Below, piece by piece: positions 57,301 to 64,000 of a stretch of 64,000 bases of DNA (positions are counted from its first letter, which is position 1; every line of letters starts with the position of its first letter). The position numbers and the translations under genes were made by a program. Below the pieces are notes generated by a model. That model ran no database searches, was not told where the DNA came from, and was given only the letters and a program-made list of their open reading frames with translations. The stretch comes from Chrysomallon squamiferum (lineage: Eukaryota > Animalia > Mollusca), in the NCBI GenBank assembly GCA_012295275.1, contig CM022679.1, forward strand, positions 31,372,001 to 31,436,000, in the 5' to 3' direction.

Positions 57301-59907
57301 AAAAAAAAAAGTTTCATTTCTGAAGAATTAAGTAATTTTGAAAAGTGACAGTGAAGTAGGTAATAATAACAATACTGAGACATGTAAATTAATAATAATA
57401 ATAATAATAGAGATTAAAGAAGTATCTCTGTGATTTATTCATTTATTTAATTACTGAAAGTTTTATTTTATTTTGTTATTCGTTTACATTTTTATTTTTT
57501 TAATATTTCATTTTATTTTAATTTAATGGAATCATATTTAATCTAATTCAGTTTTTAATAATATTTTCAACTAATTTATCTACTTGCTAATAACAATATT
57601 TTGCCTCAAAACACATTTAACTGTGTTACATCTTAAAACTTAGTGTTACAAATATCTATTTTTATATCAATGTTACTCATTACATATAAATGTTAATATT
57701 ACAAATAACATATATCTTAAATAGTAGTGTTACACATTATATGATAAATCATAAATTCATAATAAATATTACAAGTTTCATTTATATCATATTAATGTTA
57801 TTTCATAAATGTTAGTATTACAGGCTATATAATAAATTATAATATTACAGGTTTTTACAAATTATGTACAAACAAGTAACATAATAGATTTTAATTACTA
57901 GTCATATAATAAATCATAGTGTTGCAAGTTACCACAACAAATTTTAGTCACTTAATGTTACAAGTTACATAATAAATTTTAGTATTACATTTTGTAACAA
58001 AAACAAAAACAAAAAAAAAAATCCAAAAAAACCCACTTAATGGTGCAAACTTCCTGATAATCAAAAATATACTATAATATTTTTTTCAGGATATACAGTC
58101 ACAGCTTAAAATGTTTAACATTGTCTATTTATTCAGTATAAGTAATATAAGTGATATGTGTAATGTGTGTGAGTGTCTGTGAGTGTATGTGTGTGTATAT
58201 GTGTGTATGTGTGTGTACACTGTTTTTTATTTTTTATTTTTTATTTTTTTTATTTTTTTTTATTGCCACCATCAAGCAGTTACTATTTTTTTTGTATTAA
58301 AAATTTCATTGAGTCAAATATTATAACCTTCTGTTTGCTCACAGGGTAAGAAAATGGATGCAACACCACTGGCAATGTACAACTACTTCATCGACAGAGT
58401 GAAGCAAAACCTGCACATTGTTCTGGCTATGAGTCCTATTGGTGATTCGTTCCGTAACAGACTCAGAATGTTTCCTTCTCTCATCAACTGTTGTACCATT
58501 GACTGGTTCCAGGTAAGGCTGTACTTCTTTTCTTAGTAAAATGTTTTTAAGAAAGAAAATAATAATTTCCTAAAATTAATAGAAATAGAAATATTTCCTT
58601 TTATAATCTGAATGTTTTACGGGGTTTTTTGTTATTGGTTGTTGTTTTAGTTTTTTTGATTTTTTAAAATTTATATAATATTTTTATTTATTTATCTATT
58701 TAGTTATTCTATTTATTTTGTTTATTTATTTATTTATTTATTTATTATGTTTTTTTTTTAATTTATTTATTTGTTTATTTATTTATTTATATTTTGAAAT
58801 TTTGCCTCAGTTAAAATCACTTCATAAAATCACTACATTTAAAAAAACAATTAATCTTCAAAATGTCTCTAGGCCTGGCCTGAGGATGCCCTAGAAATGG
58901 TTGCCAACAAGTTTCTAGAAGATGTGGATTTGGATGATCACATCAGGACAGAGTCAGTGGTCATGTGCAAGCACTTCCACGAGAGTGTGCGAGAAATGTC
59001 AGAAAGGTAACTCAATAATAATTATTTTCAAATGTCACAAAGATAATGTACCTTTTGTCTGCCAGTTTATGATTCCAGTTCCCTTTCCATAGTGCCAAAA
59101 TAAGCAGATGTTCAGAATTCTTATCTAAAATGATGTAATTTAACATATGTATATGCTTATAACTCAATGTATTTGTGCCACTATGAACTGCTACAGAATT
59201 TCATATATATATATATATATATATATCTTTTTTCCTCAATATTTAAAATGTTAGAGTGACTTCTGTTTTTGGGAAAATATTTTTTTTTTTGTGAATGTTT
59301 GAAATATCAGAAATACAGTTTAAAAAAAAAAATTATATAAAAAAACTGTAATCAATTAATAATAATAATAATAATAATAATATAATACATGATTTGACAA
59401 ACAGATAGATAACTGTGTCACATTCAATTCTAAGGTATTATGATATGCTGAGACGTCACAACTACGTGACACCGACATCGTACCTGGAGCTGATTCTCAC
59501 CTTTAAGAACCTGCTAGGTGTGAAGCGAGATGACATTCTCAAGATGAAGAATCGTTACCTGTCGGGTTTGGAGAAACTGGAGTTTGCTGCATCGCAGGTG
59601 TCCATCATGCAGCAAGAGTTGACTGATCTACAGCCCGAGTTGATCAAAACATCAGCAGAAACAGAAAAACTCATGATCAAGATTGAACAGGACACAGTAG
59701 AGGTGGAGGCTAAGAAAGAGGCAAGTTTTGTAACCACGTGAATTTGAGATTCTTCAGAAGAAAGGTGTACAAAAGAATCACAGTTTTTAATGAGGAATGG
59801 TTCTAATGGTGTGAGAGAGAGTGACAGTCAGGAAGAAACAGAGAGAGGGGAGAGATAGAGACAGACAGACAGAGAGAGACAAAATAGCTGATTAGTAAGA
59901 ATGAGAA

Positions 59908-59944
<37 letters not shown>

Positions 59945-62900
59945 TTTGTGCAAAAATTTATTAATTTTTTTTGTTATTTTAAATGAAAAAAAACATGTAT
60001 ATTAAAACCTGTATTAATAACCTGTTTTGTCTATTACAGGTTGTAGCGGCTGATGAAGCTGTTGCCAATGAGGCTGCTGCTGTAGCCCAGGCTATCAAAG
60101 ATGAGTGTGAGAGTGACCTCGCTGAAGCCATCCCTGCACTGGAGGCAGCCATTTCAGCTCTGAACACACTCAAACCCCAAGATATCACCATGGTGAAATC
60201 CATGAAGGTACATTTTGAATAATCACTGAACATTAACTTGTTAACTTTAGTTTCTAATTGTCTCCATACCATTTACCAGAGATATTTAATTTGCAAGAAA
60301 TTAACATGCTAATCAGAACAAAAATGTTGTGAACCATGTCTGTGACAGTGACACTGTCTGTCAAAGCAAGGAGAGGCATGTCTGTCCCTGTTTCTGGGAT
60401 GCAGACATTTAGAGGCTATGACAAAACAATAATTACATTCAAGATGCAAGTAACACATTCTGTGCTGTAGTTTAATTTCATTATTATTATCTAACAGAGG
60501 ATTATTGTTTTAAATAGAAAGACAACTTAACTTGGTCAAAACACTTTTTTATTTAACAAAAAAAAGCTATAACAAATGTAGTACAACTTTATTTGGAGAT
60601 GTTGTTATATCAACCATTCATCTGTGTAAATAACTGGATTTTTATTTCAATCAGAGTCCTCCACCAGCTGTGAAACTAGTTATGGAGGCTATCTGTGTGA
60701 TGCTGAATGTCAAGTCAGAGAGGAAACCTGACCCAGGTGGTTCTGGTAAGATGATAGAAGACTTCTGGGGTCCCTCACAGAAAATTCTCAGTGACTTCAA
60801 GTTCCTCGACAAACTGAAGGCTTACGACAAAGATAACATCCCACCAGCTATCATGAAGAAAATTCGTGAAAAGTAATTTTTTTTGTTTTTTAATTTCTTG
60901 TAAATTTATATTGATGTATAGGAGATTCTTTCTGTTTCTTTTCTCAGTTGTCTTGTTAGCTTATTCAATGTGTTGTTGTTATTTTTTCTTATCATCATCA
61001 TCATCATTATTATTGATATTATCATCATTTAGATGTAAGCAGTTCTTTTACTAAAAAATTATTTCACATAAATAATCTAATTTTATACATTAAGATATAA
61101 TAAATGAATTATTGTCAATGCATCAAATACATGTCACATTATTGCAATAAATATCAGATCTGTGAAATTTATCTTCAACTAATTAAAAAAAAATATTTTT
61201 AAAAAATAAAATCACAATATATTTCTTATTTATTAAACACCTAATTAAACGAAACACATATATCACATTTACTAAATACATTTCTTAAACAAATTTATTA
61301 ATTTTATAAAATATTACAGATACATGACCAATCCGGAGTTTGACCCAGCACTCATCAAGAATGCGTCCACTGCGTGTGAAGGTTTGTGTCGCTGGGTGAG
61401 AGCGATGGACGTCTATGACCGCGTGGCCAAAGTCGTCGCTCCAAAGAAAGAGAAGCTGGCTCTAGCCGAGGCAGAGCTAGCAGAGCAGATGGAGAGACTG
61501 AATGAGAAGAGAAGTCAGCTGCAGCTTGTAAGTCAGTCACAAAAAATAAATAAATAAATAATTAAACAAATCAACGTTACGGTGTATGTAATAGATTTTA
61601 TGTTTTTTTTCAATTAATAGCATCATAACATTGTGATTGTATGTTTGTCTCTCTGTCTTTGTGTACATCTATTTTTGTACATGTGAATTTGATTTCTGGA
61701 TAATGCAGAAACGTAGATCTTTTTTTGTGTGATGTTACAAAGTTAATGTTTTAGTTAGAGAAAATAAAAATATATTGTACTTATATTAAACTTTTCAGGT
61801 TAATTGACGTCCTCAATTATCTGTGGGTGGAAGCCATTATCTGCCAGTTTTTTAAAATACAGCTTGAATATTACAAAAATCAAAGCTTTTAGATTCAGTG
61901 TCTTTCCAAAAGTTGCTAGATTAGCTGATTAAAACTCACCAGAGGTTGCAAGTCTTACTAAAGTATTAAACATTTGTAAATGACAGGTAGCAGACAAACT
62001 GCAGGCACTGAATGATGAGTTTGAGGCAATGACTGAAAAGAAGAAAGATCTTGAAGACAACATTGATCTGTGCTCTAAGAAACTGGACAGAGCCGAGAAG
62101 CTGATAGGTGGACTGGGTGGAGAAAAGGACAGGTGGACGGAGGCTGCTCACAATCTGGGAGAGAAGCTGGTCAACATCACAGGAGATGTTCTTCTGTCTT
62201 CTGGTGTTGTCGCTTATCTCGGAGCATTCACTGTCGACTTCAGACAGGTGGGTTGTAAATGTATTTGAGTGTCTGTGTGTCTGTGTGTGTGTGTGTCTGA
62301 AGTAACATATATGTACTTTTGTGCTTGTTTGTTTATGTATGTATGTGGGTGTTGTGTGATTGTGTTTTGCATGTGTATATGTTTTTTGTTTCTTGTATTT
62401 TTTTTATATTTATATGTGTTTTGTGTGCAATCTTTGAGGTGTGTTTGTGTGCTCATATGTGTGTCATTGCATGTGTGTGTAGAGTTGCATTATTTCTATA
62501 TTTTGTAATATTGTTCTATCTACATCATTAATTATATTACATTAATTTTTACTGACATTAGCCAGACGAGTAAATAAAAATCTCTTTATTTATGGAAGCA
62601 AATGAAAAGAAAATGATGTCTCTTATTTACAAAATATAGCCTATAAAAATAAAACAATGACTATAAAATAAATAAACTGATTTGGTTTTATTTTTGGGTC
62701 TTTTTTGGTTTTTTTTTTGTTTGTTTTTGTTTATTTCAGAAAAAAACTAATTAGAAAACTGTTTTTTTCATTTAAAAAACCCAACTAACTAACTAGTAAA
62801 TTTATTTATTATCAGGAGATAACTAAAGAATGGCATCGACTGTGTACAGAAAAGCAGATTCCATGTTCTTCGGTTTTCTCACTGAACCAGACACTTGGTG

Positions 62901-63737
62901 AACCTGTTAAAATCAGAGCCTGGAACATTGCTGGTCTTCCAGTTGATGCCTTCAGTGTGGACAATGGCATCATCGTCAACAAGTCAAGACGATGGCCACT
63001 GATGATTGATCCACAAGGTTTGTCTCTTTATTTATTTCTTATTACTTTTTTTCAGTTTAAAAAAAAAAGAAAGAAATATATATTCTTCTAGAGGATTTCT
63101 GTTTTACATAATTGATGCTGTTTGATGTTCTTTGGTTTGGAGGATTTTTTAGGTCTTATTTGTTTTATGTATATTATCATTATTGTTATTGTTATTATTG
63201 TTGTAGTTGTTATCATTGCTTTTGTTGTTGTTATTATTATTATTATTATTATTACTACTATCTTTTTGATTTGTGTACTACTTGCAATTGTTGTTTCTTT
63301 TACTTTTCTATTGATTATAATCAAATCCATCTACCTATATCTATATCTATAATCTATCTGTCTATATAAATATATATATATTAAGAAATATTTGATTAAT
63401 AATTTCATACAAATTTCTACTTAATCCAGGTCAAGCCAACAAATGGATAAAGACTTTAGAGAAAGAAAACAAACTGGAAATATGTAAACTCTCCAGTGCT
63501 AACTACATGCGGAGCATGGAGAATGCTATCCAGTTTGGAACCCCTGTCCTCCTGGAGAATGTCGGAGAGGAGCTGGATCCTGTTCTTGACTCCATTCTAC
63601 AGAAACAGACCTTCAAGCAGCAGGGAGTCGACTACATCCGCCTTGGTGACAACGTCATTGAGTACAGCCAGGACTTTAAACTGTACATCACTACACGACT
63701 GAGGAATCCACATTATCTTCCTGAAGTGTCTGTGAAG
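20270..63737 (+). CDS. DNAH3: Axonemal inner-arm dynein heavy chain 3; 5' 54 exons, gene continues beyond the window
   Basis: Phase-consistent exons: 20270-20290 (inferred first exon, MALERAK), 21147-21245, 22108-22291, 25065-25137, 25836-25986, 26351-26540, 26976-27051, 27186-27305, 27928-28053, 28511-28706, 29167-29346, 29562-29698, 29861-29966, 32525-32703, 32827-32920, 33410-33500, 35364-35554, 36227-36458, 36878-37089, 37629-37720, 38042-38156, 38424-38594, 39000-39262, 39578-39779, 40478-40684, 41200-41314, 41603-41798, 42205-42604, 42784-42875, 43202-43403, 43820-43972, 44453-44675, 45058-45188, 45466-45882, 46189-46350, 46519-46644, 48103-48260, 48533-48613, 48926-49109, 49445-49630, 50173-50399, 50741-50944, 53960-54087, 54714-54838, 55331-55516, 58345-58512, 58873-59006, 59435-59720, 60040-60207, 60655-60872, 61320-61527, 61987-62247, 62816-63017, 63430-63737. 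N-terminal motifs LPPLP...LYQ, PPLM..TSWT...PFKE..., SIANNY, DLERYYYY and [13 protein letters not shown] match vertebrate DNAH3 as I recall it, rather than DNAH7/12. Confidence 0.93.
20375..20399 (+). repeat. 25-bp perfect inverted repeat arm; partner at 22942-22966
   Basis: ACCTTAAGCTTAGCTGATTTTATTT is the exact reverse complement of AAATAAAATCAGCTAAGCTTAAGGT. Confidence 0.9.
21253..21824 (+). mobile_element. Degenerate Tigger-like MITE in DNAH3 intron 2, interrupted by a 188-bp repeat
   Basis: TA on both flanks (21251-21252, 21825-21826); imperfect TIRs CTGCTTGAAGATTCCTTATCC / GAAACGGTATCATCAATCTG; internal GCTCCAAAAT..TTTTTGAGC, GTTTAGACTTGGG and AAACACTTCCAGTCCAAAGCATTTCAGA. Confidence 0.6.
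21461..21648 (+). repeat. 188-bp dispersed repeat, copy B (nested in the MITE)
   Basis: Inverted copy of 19598-19785; contains AAGGGAGATAATT. Confidence 0.95.
23810..23836 (+). CDS. Candidate 27-nt microexon of DNAH3 (AKKKPGMLH)
   Basis: cttaatttcag|CAAAGAAAAAGCCAGGGATGCTGCATG|gtaaaa; phase 1-1, open; basic composition matches the flanking exons. Confidence 0.5.
27482..27620. repeat. (TTA)n/(TTATTG)n microsatellite
   Basis: Visible directly; source of the poly-I/L/Y ORFs. Confidence 0.95.
31146..31157 (+). CDS. Candidate 12-nt microexon of DNAH3 (IFHK)
   Basis: ctttctctcacattaatctttgattattag|ATTTTCCATAAG|gtgaga; phase 0-0 in a phase-0 intron. Confidence 0.45.
33952..34026 (+). CDS. Candidate 75-nt cassette exon of DNAH3 ([25 protein letters not shown])
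   Basis: tttgtttcactctccag|TGG...CAGG|gtaaac; phase 1-1, open, GC-richer island in an AT-rich phase-1 intron. Confidence 0.55.
37265..37434. repeat. Two-copy 87-bp tandem duplication
   Basis: tggattaaagcattaaactttttaaaaaatcacaaagtac...ttatctataat starts at 37265 and again at 37352. Confidence 0.95.
40710..41058. repeat. (TAT/TGT)n compound trinucleotide tract
   Basis: Visible directly; source of the poly-Y/C tail of ORF 40481..41059. Confidence 0.95.
42205..42604 (+). other. Dynein AAA1 catalytic core exon (Walker A and B)
   Basis: [15 protein letters not shown]...CVVFNCSD...[10 protein letters not shown]...[19 protein letters not shown]. Confidence 0.97.
44453..45882 (+). other. Dynein AAA2 exons
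   Basis: [70 protein letters not shown]. Confidence 0.95.
46917..46976 (+). CDS. Candidate 60-nt cassette exon of DNAH3 ([20 protein letters not shown])
   Basis: ctctgctttgctgcgttcag|AGG...ATAAAG|gtaaga; phase 0-0, open, inside a phase-0 intron. Confidence 0.7.
47238..47425. repeat. (TTA)n and (TA)n microsatellites
   Basis: Visible directly in the sequence. Confidence 0.95.
48103..50399 (+). other. Dynein AAA3 exons
   Basis: GPTGTGKS P-loop, [59 protein letters not shown]. Confidence 0.95.
50962..51216. repeat. (TTA)n/(CTA)n tract
   Basis: Visible directly in the sequence. Confidence 0.95.
51936..51959 (+). CDS. Candidate 24-nt microexon A of DNAH3
   Basis: ttctttttag|TCGTTACAATTTTATGGTAGAACT|gtgagt; phase 2-2, open; homologous to 52168-52191. 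Confidence 0.5.
52168..52191 (+). CDS. Candidate 24-nt microexon B of DNAH3
   Basis: ttaataag|ACGTTACAATTATATGGTTAATTA|gtaagt; phase 2-2, open; homologous to 51936-51959. Confidence 0.45.
54092..54432. repeat. (TAT/CAT/TGT)n compound tract
   Basis: Visible directly; source of ORFs 54057, 54067 and 54122. Confidence 0.95.
56274..56285 (+). CDS. Candidate 12-nt microexon of DNAH3 (ASIM)
   Basis: aatgctgtattttttcag|GCATCTATAATG|gtaatt; phase 0-0; TGCATG at 56341-56346. Confidence 0.45.
57103..57117 (+). CDS. Candidate 15-nt microexon of DNAH3 (RNMGL)
   Basis: atttttattttcag|AGAAATATGGGACTA|gtatgt; phase 0-0; TGCATG at 57166-57171. Confidence 0.45.
57620..57990. repeat. Degenerate short-period repeat
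   Basis: Recurring T(A/G)(A/G)T(A/G)TTACA(A) units. Confidence 0.5.
59435..62247 (+). other. Dynein stalk coiled coils and microtubule-binding domain exons
   Basis: [15 protein letters not shown], coiled-coil heptads, [59 protein letters not shown]. Confidence 0.93.
59721..60039 (+). other. Non-canonical GC-AG intron in DNAH3
   Basis: Exon ends AAGAAAGAG|gcaagt; the next exon starts tattacag|GTTGTAGCG. The join gives VEAKKE-VVAADE and keeps stalk CC1 at its expected length. Confidence 0.85.
62816..63737 (+). other. Dynein AAA5 N-terminal exons
   Basis: [65 protein letters not shown]. Confidence 0.93.
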
Positions 63738-63749
63738 GTGAGTTCTTGA

Positions 63750-63992
63750 GGATTAATGAATTGAGTAGAATCAGTGAGTCACTGAGTTGAGTAAGTCAGT
63801 GAGTCAGCGAATTGAATAAGTCAGTCACTAAAGTGTCTAAATCAGTGAGTTGGTGCAGTGAATAAAACAGTGAGCCAATGAATTGAATAAAAATGAAACT
63901 GACTTAGTGAACTTAATGACACAGTGAGTCTGTAATTGAATAGTTTAATGAGTCAGTGAATTGAGTAAAACAGTCAGTCAGAAAACTGAATA
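63750..63992. repeat. Degenerate ~24-28-bp minisatellite
   Basis: Units like GAATTGAGTA(A/G)(A)ATCAGTGAGTCA(C/G)T. Confidence 0.8.
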
Positions 63993-64000
63993 AATCTTTA

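Larger units (their letters stand above)
53960..59006 (+). other. Dynein AAA4 exons
   Basis: [16 protein letters not shown]-loop variant typical of axonemal heavy chains, [35 protein letters not shown]. Confidence 0.93.

Noticed and set aside
58341-58351. acagGGTAAGA as a recursive splice site
   Set aside because: The GT is offset by one base from the acceptor and simply encodes the Gly-Lys at the exon start.
27194-63369. Many poly-L/I/Y/C and CV/TH-repeat ORFs in the ORF track (for example 27334, 40706, 50973, 54067, 54122, 63112)
   Set aside because: They are translations of intronic microsatellites, not genes.

Overview
AT-rich, intron- and microsatellite-rich animal genomic DNA; a mollusc/lophotrochozoan origin is my inference from repeat style and is not established. 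Two genes lie head-to-head around a small CpG-richer promoter (~20040-20290) that carries an RFX X-box-like motif. (1) Minus strand: a complete F-box/WD40 gene of the FBXW10/CDRT1 family, 9 coding exons, 18464->4546, ~1218 aa. (2) Plus strand: the 5' part of the inner-arm axonemal dynein heavy chain DNAH3, 54 phase-consistent exons from 20270 to 63737 (tail, linker, AAA1-4, stalk/MTBD, start of AAA5), continuing past the window end. Most other ORFs in the track are microsatellite or antisense artefacts. The most unusual signal is that the six longest DNAH3 introns each hold short, frame-preserving AG...GT-bounded segments (12-75 nt). These include a pair of homologous 24-nt microexons at the AAA3/AAA4 junction, two microexons each followed by UGCAUG, and a 60-nt exon adding an RRKS PKA-type site. 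Together they suggest a microexon-tunable ciliary dynein, which needs RNA-seq to confirm. Also present: a GC-AG intron, two Tigger-like MITEs, a 188-bp inverted repeat pair flanking the promoter with asymmetric CpG decay, and a perfect 25-bp inverted repeat flanking DNAH3 exons 2-3. Homology calls are from recalled sequences; no searches were run.
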